Shown here piece by piece: positions 1 through 12,197 of a stretch of DNA of 64,000 bases. Position 1 is the stretch's first letter; each line of letters begins with the position of its first letter. The DNA is from Amoeboaphelidium protococcarum X5 (Eukaryota > Fungi > Aphelidiomycota), in NCBI GenBank assembly GCA_023515725.1, contig JALDTO010000192.1, positions 699,517 through 763,516 on the forward strand, written 5' to 3'. The notes beneath the pieces are model-generated. The model saw nothing but the letters and a program-made list of their open reading frames with translations. It searched no databases and had not been told where the DNA came from. A program made the translations under genes and the position numbers.

Positions 1-3000
1 AATAGATAGAATGGAGAGAATTTAGTAACAGCATGAGTTCGGACACGAATTCCAAATACCTCTTCCTTAAGGTATTCATCCCAGCGCGAAGTATGGCCAG
101 AAGTCAGAGTAGTTATTGAATGATTAAGCATTGCATGAATACGTTCCACCATTCCATTGGTTTAGGGGTGATGAGATGAGCTTAATACATGTTTAATTTT
201 CCACTTCTGCTTGTAATATTAGACACCTTCATCTAAGAAAGACTTAGCGCGATCCGACAATATTTCTACTGGAGAACCTTAATTGGTAACAATCTCTTCA
301 TAGATGAAATTAGCCACTGTAGCAGCATCTCGATTAGGAACTGCCTTGGACACAACCCATCTAGTGGCATAATCTATTGCAGTAACGATGTGTCTGTTTC
401 CAGACTTCGTAAGTGCCAAGTCCTACACAAAATCAATACCCCAACGTTCGAAAGGCAGAGCAGCAGGCGGAATAGGCCGGACAGGAGTATCAATTCCATT
501 TTTACTCTTAGACTTAGCGAGTTAACAAAATTAGCAGCGTGCTATGTGCTCCTTGACATCTTGGCGCAAGGTTGGCTACCAGTATCGGAGTTCAATAAGA
601 TCTATAACCGAGTCAAACTTTAAATGTCCCAGACTATCATGAAGTCTTACTAGTTAGTCGTATCGTTCAGAGGATTTCAAATACCGGCGCTTCGACTTAC
701 TATCATTTAATACGCGAACGAGGTTGCCATCATCATCAATCGAGAAATTTCCACTTTCAGATTGACATTAAGTCAGTTGTGCTTAAGTCATTTCTTCTTA
801 CCAGTTCCCAGTCTATAGCCAACGCAAAACATATTCTGGCCACTCCAGATCATTACTCTCCAGTCCATGAGCCTGAACATCAGAAGAAAATACACACAGA
901 GAATTAAAATGCACCACCTTCGATGGATCCAGTAATCTCAGGAAATTCGCTTTATCCTCTTGGATGAAGTAGTCCGATCTTCTTGAAAGTAAGTCGGCTT
1001 TCCCATTTAAACTACCAGGACGATGCGTGAGCACAAAATCAAACTCCGAAAAGAATATGGCCCAACGCGCTTGCCTACGCGTTAACTGCTTAGTCGTCAT
1101 GAAGTATTGCAGATTTTTGTGATCAGTGAGAACAGTCACTTGATGATCAGCACCTTGCAGAAAGTGTCGCCATTTCTTAAAGCATTCGTGAATAGCCAGT
1201 AACTCCTTGTCATAAATTTCGTAATTTCTCTCGGCGGGGATCATTTGACGGGAGTAGAAAGCCACTGGTCGAAGTTCATTCTTTTCATCATACTACGAGA
1301 GCACACCTGCAATAGCATAAGCTGAGGAATCAGTCTCAACTATAAATGGCTAAGATTCATCTGGATGTGCCAAAAACTTAGGATTAGAGAACACATCTTT
1401 CACACGTTAAAACGCTTGTTACTGCTCTGGGCTCCAATCGAATTGTACATCATTCTTCAACAACTTAGTAAATGGAGATGTCAACTCAGCAAACTGGTAG
1501 ATAAGTCGACGGTAAAAGTTGAGGAATCCATATAGCTTCTGCACATCATTAAAATTCTTAGGAACCGGCCAATTCAACACAGCTTCCACCTTTCGTGGGT
1601 CGATAGAAATTCCATCTTCAGAAAGTATGTAGCCTAGATACTTCAACCTTTTCTGTGCAAACTAACATTTAGAGATATTACAATACAAATAATTTTCTTT
1701 AAGGATTTTGAGGACTTCCTTGACATGCTTCCAGTGATCTTACTCATTATCTGAGAAAATTACAATGTCATCAATGAACACAACAACGAAGTTACCAATC
1801 TGCTCTTTAAACAGCTCATTCATGAAAGTTTAGAATTACGCGGGAGCATTAGCTAGACCAAAAGGCATCACCAAAAACTCATATGAACCATACTTCGTGC
1901 GAAAAGCTGTCTTATGTTCATGGCCGGCCATCATCCTGAGCAAGTAATAAGCACCGATTAAATTTAATGTAGTGAACCACTTGGCCTTTTACATAAGGCG
2001 AAAAACTTCTGCAATTGACGGGAGAGGATTTCTATTCTTGATGGTGTCTTTGTTCAAAGCTCTGTAATCCATGCATAAGCGCAATTTATCATCTTTGGTC
2101 CAAGCAGGCTTCTTTACGTAAAAACACGGTGCTCCGTGAGCTGATTTGCTTGGTCTTATGAATCCTTTGTCGAGATGAATTTGCAACCACTCCTTCAGAG
2201 CAGCATCCTCTTCCTTCGTCAGTGAGTAGACTTTACCAAAAAAAGGATGCGAATCCGTCTTGAGGTCAATAGTGCAATCATATGGTCGATGAGGAGGTAG
2301 TTTATTGGCAAGCTTCTCATCGAAGACTTCCGCAAACTCAGAAAGCTGGTCAGGAATTTCCACAGGTGTTGATGGTTACTTTGGCGGGGCTTCAGACATG
2401 TCACGGATTTATGAGTACAGGTCATTTATTACAGTAACGGACTAAATACTTTAGTTTGCGGAGCATAAAGACTGAGCACACTTATCTTTAGCAATACTTG
2501 ACAAGAATGAGGGATCCACATTATCAGATGACTCAACCGGCGAAGCTTTTACAACAGCAATATCGGGACGCGTAGCTGGAATTTCAACACAGATTGAACT
2601 AGGCTAGGACAAGGCATTCTCATGGACATGGACAGGAATAGATTTATTACTAGTACTTACTTCTTAACTATCACATGAAGGGGACTTGGTGGAGAACTGA
2701 AAAGTGTAAGGATGCGAAACGCAATTAATGGTGCAGTATTCAGATGAGAAATGGATCGACTGTTCTTGCCAGTTAACTGACGGATTATGCAGTTTCAACC
2801 AAGAAAAGCCTATGATTGCTTGCTACGATAGTGGTGTAACTAGGAACTGAATGGTTTCAATATGCTTTCCAATCTATAATTAAATCGGAACAGTTCGCAA
2901 TCTAATGACATTAGCATGAGAGTCAAGACCGTCAGCATATTTCACCAAGATCTATTACTTCAGTGGAATGAGAGGAACTTTAAGTCGCTCGGCCATCTTC

Positions 3001-3143
3001 TTGTCTATAAAGCAAGCATCAGCTCCACTATCGAGCAAGGCCTCCGGTGTGGTGCTTTGACTTCCGATACACACTAGTACTGAAACAAGAAATTTCGAAG
3101 TAGAAGTAGAATTCAGAGATAATAAAGATTACTTAACCAAACG
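1..3143 (-). CDS. pol: Gypsy pol polyprotein (aspartic protease, RT, RNase H, integrase), 3'-partial
   Basis: Code-6 frame without TGA: ALLDSGA (protease), [11 protein letters not shown] and VVFIDD (RT), VETDSS and [12 protein letters not shown] (RNase H), HDSLGH...CQFC zinc finger, WGIDF/VSDR/NGMVER (integrase DDE). Confidence 0.93.
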
Positions 3144-3911
3144 TCATTCCTATTTAACTTAAGCTGAAGCAGAGTCGCGAGAACGATTTTTAGTTGCAAT
3201 AGGACAATCCGTGCGCCAATGACCAGATTCACCGCACACTATGCAAAGATTATTCGCCAATCTACGAGCTCTTTCTTCTGGACTCAGGCGCTCTCTGCGG
3301 ACTTACCCAATTTCCATTGCATCCGGGTTGCTTCTACCAACAACAGGCACCACAGAAGGAACAGCAGCAGAAGGATATGGCTGACGAGGAGCTCCATGAT
3401 ATGGACGGCTCAAGTAGAGTCTTTAATCACTCTTAATAGACAAATCCATCAATTCGGACAGAGACTTTGGTTCCGGGAAGCCCAGCAACATGTTCTTCAC
3501 ATCATTATTAAGACCATCTCTAAACTAGAACATAAGCGCTGCATCATTCCATTCCAAATCTGCAGAAAGAGCAAGGAATTCAGCAGCGTAAGAGGAAGCT
3601 GACATTTTTGACTGACGTAGCTTCTTAATACGGTCACCAGCGGTAGCAATGATATCCACCGGAGCAAAGGCCTTGTCAGACAGCAGGGACACCACAGTAA
3701 GAATCTTCACTCTATCATTAGAGTACATCTAGGATTATAACTCAAATAAGACGGACAGCTAATTTACAAATCCTCGATATAACTCCCTATTCCCAGCATA
3801 CTTGTCAGGCATGACCAGCTTCAGCTTCGGAACTTCTGGACGACAACCAGCAGCTAAGGTATTACGAAAACTTTAGTTTTCAGCATGTAATTAATGCAAG
3901 ACATTCAGCAT
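3144..3911 (-). CDS. gag: Gypsy gag (255 aa) with CCHC zinc knuckle
   Basis: ATG 3911 to TGA 3144 in code 6; [29 protein letters not shown] and [14 protein letters not shown] motifs. Confidence 0.88.
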
Positions 3912-3958
3912 CTCCGCGTTCACTCCATCCGAGATGTGGTATCAGCCTCATGATCAGG

Positions 3959-4193
3959 TGTTACGTTAACAACTGTTTCTGTACTAGATAATGCTTTATT
4001 ACTACTGATTCACTATTCCCTAAATCACTACCTGATACTGCACTTCTCACTTGCAATAATCGGCACCCAGAGAAGATCTATGACGCACTCTGCAGCCTTG
4101 ATAACGTCAACAATTGCTGCGCCACCCCATTACGTCCCCTCTCAACTCTGAACGTTATCAAGAGTTACCTTAAGATCTTACTTGACCGTATCA
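3959..4193 (-). repeat. 5' LTR (235 bp) of the gypsy element
   Basis: Termini TGATACG...CGTAACA on the minus strand (imperfect inverted repeat), internal AATAAA, just upstream of gag; second LTR is not in the window to confirm. Confidence 0.7.
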
Positions 4194-4815
4194 TAAATTA
4201 CCAATTTAAGACAAGCTATATTCTCAATGAGATCAAGACGGGAACATGTATACCAATAGAGAGTTTAACAGAGACACCAACAGTGTGCGGGATGCGGCTT
4301 AAAACATTCCAGATTTTTTTGCGGCTGCACCATGACTTCCGGCAGATACCGCCTAAGGATGGGGGCTTGCAGCGACAACGAGAATGGCGAATCTAATAAA
4401 GTGTTGAACAGCTCAGTCGCAACACGTAAACGTTCTAAAAGGCATTTTGATGCGAAATGTATCATAAAAATTATAGTAATCCATTAGAATACCACAACAG
4501 TAAGTGCTTCAATTAGTAAGGTCATTTAATCTTTGAAGAACGAGGCCAATTCGTCGCTTTCTCCTTAGTTGCTGTCAACGACAACGCAGATTTTAAACTA
4601 TTCAATGTGAGAAAATCTACACCAATGATTGGCGACACATTGTTTATCATTGATTCAGCGCCTACTATCACATAATGTCTTCTCCAGTCCAGGACTAGTA
4701 CTATTGATGAAGTGTCGAACCCAGTAAAGGTTGGCAAAATAGAAAATATTTGTAGGGTAAAAGCATAATAATCATATATTTACTATATCATCAATGCAAT
4801 ATGAAAATAGGCGCG

Positions 4816-5580
4816 TCAAGAATGACGCCGACTAACGACAGGAGATGTGGGATGACTTTAACAACGTGAAGCTGGAGCACTTCTCAAATCACGAGGAATC
4901 GGCTTGCAGGGATCATACAAAAAATCCACAGCACGCTCCAGCATCACTAGCTTATCTGTCGAGGCAGCTTACAACAGATCCTTGACAGCCTGCTTGTCAG
5001 ACTAATCAGGTGCCGACTTACTCAAATACTTCTTCTCCTTTATTTCGTGAGCCATCCTCGTTGATATTCAGAAAGAAATAAATTTATTTGAAGCTGTATC
5101 ACAAGGCTGGCTTTCTACCCAAATCACGCAAGGCGTTTTTAACGGGCACCTTAGCGGGAAGATTTGTATACGAGCAATCTTGAGGAATCCCAGCAAGTGC
5201 AAAGTATTTCTGCTTCATATCCGTGAGAGCTCATAAGACGTCCAACAAGTTCGTTAATATTTAAAATTTGAATCGGAGTAAAGAGTATCCAGCAGCTCTT
5301 TAATTCCAATATTATCCTGATAAATCTAATACAGCAATTACCTGAACTACCTGGGATGAAATCTTTGAGGGCTGAAATCCTCATTTAAATCTGCGTGCTC
5401 CATGAACATATTAAACTTCACTGCCTGGAATATATCACGCGCGTAAATGTAGGTGACCGTCTTTTTTAGACTCTTCACCTCATCAGTTAGACTTTCCACC
5501 TCATTTTCCAAATCATTCACCTTATTCCTTAAATTACTCCCCTCATTTCTCTCATAATTTAGCCTTTTCACCTCATTCCT
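4816..5580 (-). CDS. Hypothetical coiled-coil protein, probably spliced; structure uncertain
   Basis: Heptad-like LRNKVNDLENEVESLTDEVKSLKK segment and a separate 79-aa open frame ending TGA at 4816; junctions not resolved. Confidence 0.3.
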
Positions 5581-6346
5581 TGTTGAATAATGTCAATGAA
5601 GTGAAACAGTAACTTATTAATTGTATATGCCGCGCGGCTTTTGTCTAACATTCAAGGACCAAAGTCAATGATGGTGGCGCCATGATCCTTGTGAAAATCT
5701 TTTCCAACTTGAGTTAAGGACAGACGTTCTGAACATCACTTCGAACATTCCTTACATTACTCAGCTCACTGACTAATTAATGGATTCTGATATCGTTCAT
5801 GTTAATTTTATTTAAAATATTTAAAAAAGGAGAAACAGCGTTAACGGGAAAAAGGAATCTTACAAAGGCGCGCGGAATGTTGAAATTGAGGAGGCCGAAT
5901 CATGATTAGACGAAGTGACAGATGTCACGCCTGAAGTCGTTCTGCCGCTGATCTCGTTTTGGCTGCGGAAGGCCGTTGCAGCCTTGTACAATTGGGCAAA
6001 ATTTACGCAGATCCAGGAGACCTATTCAATGGCACTGTTTTTTATTAGCGTTAGCCAAGATCCCCACCTCATCCACAGAAAGACTCATCATCTGACCGAT
6101 CCTCTGCTTTAATTTGGAATAATCGTAAAATTACATCCAAATAACATTGCGCTGTAATGGCATTCGCTCATATTGTGACAACTCGGTGCAAAAAACGTTC
6201 GTCAGGATATTCCGCAATAGCCGTATGTCATAGAATGATAAATTTGCGTTCTCATTACACGGTAATTCTATTGTATTATGTCGACAATGTAAGGCCAAAT
6301 TTTGAAAAAGGTGGCTACATTTAATCAAGTCACACTTTAATATCAA

Positions 6347-8197
6347 TCATTTCCATTATATTCCAGGACGCAGAGGCTGAGACATTCCACCCGCACCATA
6401 AGACATTCTGCCACCACGATGTCCAGGCATGTGCATCGGCAAATGACCACTGGGAGGCTTAGGCATCTCTAGTTAAATGTTACCTTGAGAAGTTTCACGC
6501 TCTGCAATTAAAGAGTCCACTTGAGCCACCTAACAATCTTCGCTTCGGAAAGCAATTCTCTAGCCAGAAGCTTTAATCAAAAGCATACACAACTGCTACC
6601 GAATACTCGTCAATAGATATAGTTCATCTCTAGAAATGTCCTTACCAGCAGAGATGTTAACATTCTTTCGCTTTATGCCACTTAATAAACTCTATGTAGA
6701 ATAGTATTAATCCTCATTGCATCTTACAGAATCTAATCTTTACAAATAGCAGTGCATGGCTTATCGCAGCTTTTGCGACAAATCCACCAGCCACTAATTT
6801 ATATCTGAATCCTTAGACTCCAACTCTCTGACCAGAATATTAATTTCCATGTCAATGTCAATGCCAGCACTCTTGGCAATGGCGTGTATATCATCACCAG
6901 CAACTTTGACATTGGACACTTTACCTTCTTTAACTAGATCTTCAAACCTCTTCTCTCCAACAACGTCCACCAAGCTTGTCTGAGTTTCAACAGTAGATTA
7001 ATTTGTCTTTTGTCTGGATGATTTCAAATGTTAATAGCGCCGATTCAACATGTCCTAATCAGCCATTAATCCGGCCAAATCATCTTTACTGCATTATATA
7101 AACGGATTGTATGAGCCAAAACTTATCGCAGAATCATATAGCGGACACAGTGAGTTGGACGACTCTAGATCAGGTATTGGTATAGGCTTTGCAAGATCCA
7201 CGCAACGAAGAGTGCTAGAAGTCCTGGATTAAATAGGAGGACAAATATCCCCAAGAGTTAAAGATTTCCCATTTTTAGGCATTTAGCGGTTCTTCTATCT
7301 AATTTAAACTAGAGACACAGACTTGGTGGTAAATCCAACAGGTACTTGATCATCTTAATAAGAAGAGCTAAAGTACGGCTTACCATTGATCATCTTTCTA
7401 AATGCAAACTTGGCATCCCGCACAGTCTAAGTCTTGATTCCCAAATCCTCCTCAATTGAAGGCCTTCTATCGTCAGTCACCGAGTCAGACTTGCCATCGT
7501 CACCAATATTATTATTACCACCACTACTAGTGCCGGAGTTATTCATATTCGAAATCAAAGTATTCCCATGAGTGCTACCCAGAGTGCTCAATCGCTCTTT
7601 AGCTTTGGATGCAGCACGCCGACTCTTGCGACCAGAAATTAAGTCACCATCCATATCCTCATCCTCAGCATCATCTTTGTCCTAGTCACCAGAATTGTTG
7701 TTATTATTACTATTACCACCTTTAGATCTATCAATACTGTCAGCTTTACGAACAAGCTCCATCATGTCTTCATACTCTGCATTGTCAATTAAATACTTTC
7801 TCCACTTGCTCTTGAACTGATCATCCATTAAATCCACCACCTCAATCAGACTGATTGTTGGCGAATCCTCTACTATGGCATTACTCTCATTAGCTAACAG
7901 ACGGTACAATTCCAATAACTTTGCAGGTGCAGGCAAGACTTCCAGTGCAGCTTACTCTTCCTCTCGTGCCTTTTCCGCAGCTATAATATCACTCTTCTTT
8001 GGGCGACCTCTCTTTCTGACTACAATAGGTGCATCTTGTTGCTGCGGAGATGCTGTTACCTCATCCTAATTAGTAGGCTGATCAGCAGTATTGATTTATT
8101 CCACACTTTCAGCCTCTTACTCAATCTATTCAGACAATGGTTCAGGGATAGAATCAACTTATGGCTAAGGAGTGCCACTCTATCTACTTCTTTTCAT
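6347..8197 (-). CDS. AT-hook chromatin protein, possibly Rsc58/BRD7-9-like (616 aa)
   Basis: Single 1851-nt ORF in code 6; RKRGRPKK AT-hook; SLCPLYDSAISF resembles the SFAPxYDS motif of Rsc58/BRD7/9. Confidence 0.65.
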
Positions 8198-8896
8198 TTA
8201 AAATGCTAATTATTTCTGCTGTATTCTGCTGTACGCTCCCAAAGTTAATTAATAGGGCAACACAGGTCGTTTGTAGAAGAAAGATGAGGAACGAAAGAGA
8301 GGAAAGAGAGAGAAAGAGAATTTTCGGCATTGTTGCTCCATCACGTTCTGCACTGTTTCGGCCCAAAGTACAGTCGTAATTCCACGGCGAGAATATATAT
8401 ATATATATGGTTCAAATAAAGTAAAAAAATCTTAATGTTTATGCTACAGTAAATATTGATATTCATATCTGGTGTTTTTAGTAGCCTGTGCATATTATAT
8501 TTATGATGATTGAGAAAAGAAAAGTGGGAATTTTCCATTGAGAGGTCGTTTATGTACGTTTATGAAATGTCTAGTCTTCTAAATGAATTTTATTGCTGAT
8601 ATCCATTGTGTCATTATGTCACTGGTACCATTGTTGCTCACGGTAGCAGGTAGTAAAACCATAACATTCTCTCTACCATACTTTGAGAGACGGAAGACGC
8701 GTTTCGCTGTGTCCTTGAACGAGGGCGGGTCGCTTTCTCTCTCTCTCTCAACATTTCTCTCAACAGTTCGCCGCTCTTTCTTTCAGGTCCTTTACTTAAG
8801 CGGTTTTCTGTAGCAGCACACTTGTAATATTTGGGTCAAACTTCAAACTGCAAATACTAAAACCCGCAGTTTTATAACACGAGTGATTTAGCAAAT

Positions 8897-9739
8897 ATGT
8901 TCCGCAACTAGTACGATAATGATGTCACCACGTTCTCGCCGTAGGGAAGACTGCACCAGTTGGAGTATGCTATGGAGGCTGTCAAATAGGGATCTGCCAC
9001 TGTCGCTGTGAAGAGTAAGGATTACGCTGTGGTTGTGTGTCTGAGAAGAAAGTCTGGAGAACTTGGTAGCTGGCAGGAGAAGATTATCAGAATTGATGAC
9101 CATGTCGGTCTGTCATACTCTGGCTTGTCTAGTGACGCTCGCCTGCTCAGCAACTCTATGAGAACTTCAGCTCTGCAGTCCAAAATGCTTTTCCAGTCTC
9201 CAATAAGCACCTTCAAGTTGGTGAGTAGAATCGCGGATAAGGCTCAAAGCAATACTCAAGGATACGGTTCTCGCCCGTTTGGAGTTGGTTTTCTTGTCGT
9301 CTCTTACGATGACGGTGTGCCTCATATTTACGAGTTTATGCCATCTGGTAATGTTTTCGATTACTATGCAAATGCCATTGGTGGTCGCTCTCAGTCATGC
9401 AGAACGTACTTGGAGAAGCATTTTGACAAGTTGGAGCAGTGCAATCTGGACTAGCTGATTAATCACGCCTTGTTGGCGTTGAGAGAAGCTATTCCAGCAG
9501 CATCATCTCAGGCATCCAGTGATGATAAAGATGCCGCTTCTAAGAAGGATGAGAGTGAAATGAAGCCTGAGGATGTTGGAATTGCTATTGTGGGTAAAGA
9601 TAGAAAGTTTGCAAAGTTGAGCGATAGTGAAGTTGAGAGATATGTTGTGAATTTGCCTGAAAATACCTCTCGCGCCACTGCTTCGACCACTGCCATGGAT
9701 GTTGATCAGGGTGGTGCGGCTCCAATGGAAGTGGAATGA
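8897..9739 (+). CDS. PSMA1: 20S proteasome subunit alpha type-1 (alpha6/PRE5)
   Basis: [35 protein letters not shown], with conserved Gln residues encoded by TAG; ends TGA. Confidence 0.97.
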
Positions 9740-10732
9740 GTAGAATCATCAGAGTTGTAATTATTGATTGTTATTGAGATAATGCAAGATATTACGAAAA
9801 TGTAACGGATTTTATTCTAGTCATCACTTCAACTTTAAATAAATCAGATACGACCCGCTTAATCAATATAGTTGTTGAGCATAAGGACCTCCATTTTGTG
9901 CGCTCTAGTAAAATGGAGATTAACTAAAGTCAGAGTTATGTTGACCTCCATAACCCATATTTTACTCGGGTCCCCTTAGTGCAGACATTTAATGAGCAGC
10001 ATTCATATCTGGTTGTCCATTCATACCAATCGGATCATCCATGTTATCAAACTGAGGTTAACTACCAAAATTCATACCCTGATTACCTCCATAAGGGCTT
10101 CGCTAATGTTAGTTCATGTACCCGTAACCATGGCTCATAGGACTATCAGGGAATGGAGTCATTGAACGTGCTGCGAAAGGGGAAGGATTCTAGCCGTAGG
10201 GTCCCATCTGCCCAGGCATACCAAAACGCTGTGCCACAGCGCCGGCAATCATGGGAAGCGCTCCAGCAGCTAAGCCGCCAGCAGCCGCTCTTAATTCCTG
10301 ACTTTGCAACGCTTAAGAGAAACTATCTCTGATGCCACCCGGAGTTCGCGGGCCAAGGAGACTGCGAGGCTGAGCAGCAGCCATTTGATCCGAGCCTGCC
10401 ATCGCAGCGTCAGGCTAAGGCTAAGCACCGCCGCCACTACGAAATCTGTTAAAAAAGCCGGGACGTTGAGCAGCTGCGCCAGTAGGAGATTGACTTTACG
10501 GGTCCAGAGCTTGCGGATACGGAGTTCGAGAAACGCAAAACCGCCTCGCAGTTTAAAATTACTAAACATAGAAAGTAAAATGAAAGTTCCCATTAATATT
10601 TTAAATGATTTTTAATTTTTATTTTGTTTTGTAATTTTAAAAATAAATTCATTGCTATTTTGTTTCTTATCATGCACTATATCCGCCTTATAATAGGGGA
10701 CATCTTAACTCGAATTCATTTTTTGCAGCAAA

Positions 10733-12112
10733 ATGTCTTAAGAAATCGACTTGGAACAGGTACGGCAGTTAGTAAATTAAGGTTTGAAGCGCAAGGAAAT
10801 TTTAGATACTCTAAATTCTAGTGGAACAATCTGCTCCAAGTCCAAATTGGACCGGTTTATGACTGAACATGGATTGAGTACTGCTTTAAATAGAGCCACA
10901 TTTGCGGATTAAAGTGAACATTGGATTGAAGAAGCTCGCCATCTAATTAATGGCGGGTCCACTTAACAATAATTATTGGATTGGCTGAAATAGAAGCATA
11001 ATATTTAAATGTCCTTAAGGACTTTGCAATCGATTTTGTCGCAGCATTAAATTGGAACGAGACATTGTGCGCTATCTCCTGTCGAAGTTTTGGATTTAGT
11101 GCATGTTGTAAATCAGGATGAAGGTGAAAGATTGGGAATTAGATCAACTACATAAGTCCTTCGTGAACTATCAGGCCAATAAGTATCTCGAGACATGGTT
11201 ATGGTTTGCTAAAGATTCGACAATCCAGAGGCTGTGTAAATGCGTAAAAGGCGCAAGTTGAAACGCCGTGAATATTAAAATGATGGTCCTAATTAAGTGT
11301 GGCATATAGATGGCTTCGATAAGCTGTCGTAGTTTGGCTTTGGAATAAGTGCGTGTGTAGATGGTTTTAGTAGGTATGTTGTGTTTAGTATGGTCGCAGA
11401 TACGAATAGGCCCGCGCGTTACATACTGGAATATTTTCTGGATGCGGCTGACAAATGCAATGTTATGCCTGGAAAAGTTCGTGTTGATGGCGGAACTGAG
11501 AACAATTACATCAAGTAATTGCAAGAAATATTGGTAGGTGAGAACTCTTATATTGTGGGTTCATCCAATTTCAATACGCGTATAGAAAGTTACTGGGGCA
11601 GATAGAATCATTATGGGCTTGAATATTGGATAGGAACGCTGAACAATCTTCACTTTGCAGGTTATTTTAATACCACGCTTTATTCTCATAAGACAATTTC
11701 TCAGTATTGTTTTGGACATTATATCGCTGAGTGTTTAGATAAAATTACCACCTTGTGGAATTACCATAAGATTCGAAATCAAGGACAGCCCATCATGCGT
11801 TATCAAGTTCCCGAGATGTTTGATGGAGTAGAATGTGGTTTGGAGCCTCCTCAAGACATGCGTGATATGGCTATTCAATTGTTTGGACCAAGTACTATAG
11901 ATATGAATGATAGGTTTAGAATTAATTACGCTAGGCATCTTATTGATGAAGTTGTTATAGAGAAAGGTTTTGATCAACTTACCTTTGACAATTGTCAAGA
12001 TGTGTTCAAGGCTTTAGTGTCCGATGGCGATCTCGTAAGCGCGCTGGATGCATTTAGAGATTAATTGTTGATAGCAGAATAGTAAGTGAGAGGGTAGGAA
12101 ATTGCTTAGTGA
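10733..12112 (+). CDS. DDE transposase (integrase core, IS3EU-type) with two N-terminal Clr5-like HTH repeats, 459 aa
   Basis: Code-6 ORF; GPNQVWHIDGFDKL, CVDGFSR, VRVDGGTEN, NTRIESYW and WNYHKIR motifs. Confidence 0.92.
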
Positions 12113-12197
12113 AGAATGGTCTGAATAATTAAAAATTTCTTATTGCTATTACTATCTTTACGTACTCATTGTTAACTCCACCAGAGCTACTAAATAC

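Larger units (their letters stand above)
1..4193 (-). mobile_element. Ty3/gypsy LTR retrotransposon (5' LTR, gag, pol; 3' end outside window)
   Basis: Domain order gag(CCHC)-PR-RT-RH-IN on the minus strand, preceded by a TG...CA LTR; reading frame stays open with TAA/TAG=Gln except for one TGA between gag and pol. Confidence 0.95.

Noticed and set aside
3937-3945. TGGTATCAG resembling a tRNA-iMet primer-binding site
   Set aside because: It is on the strand opposite to gag-pol and is better explained as the leader half of the LTR-leader inverted repeat
4227-4610. Plus-strand code-6 frame with a Cys pattern (RFFCGC...RKRSKRHFDAKC) faintly like a FAR1/WRKY-type domain
   Set aside because: The expected His ligands and an associated transposase are not recognisable; too weak to call
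10518-10519. Tc1/mariner interpretation with a TA target duplication
   Set aside because: Both copies have a 6-bp duplication outside the TA, and the transposase is integrase/IS3-like
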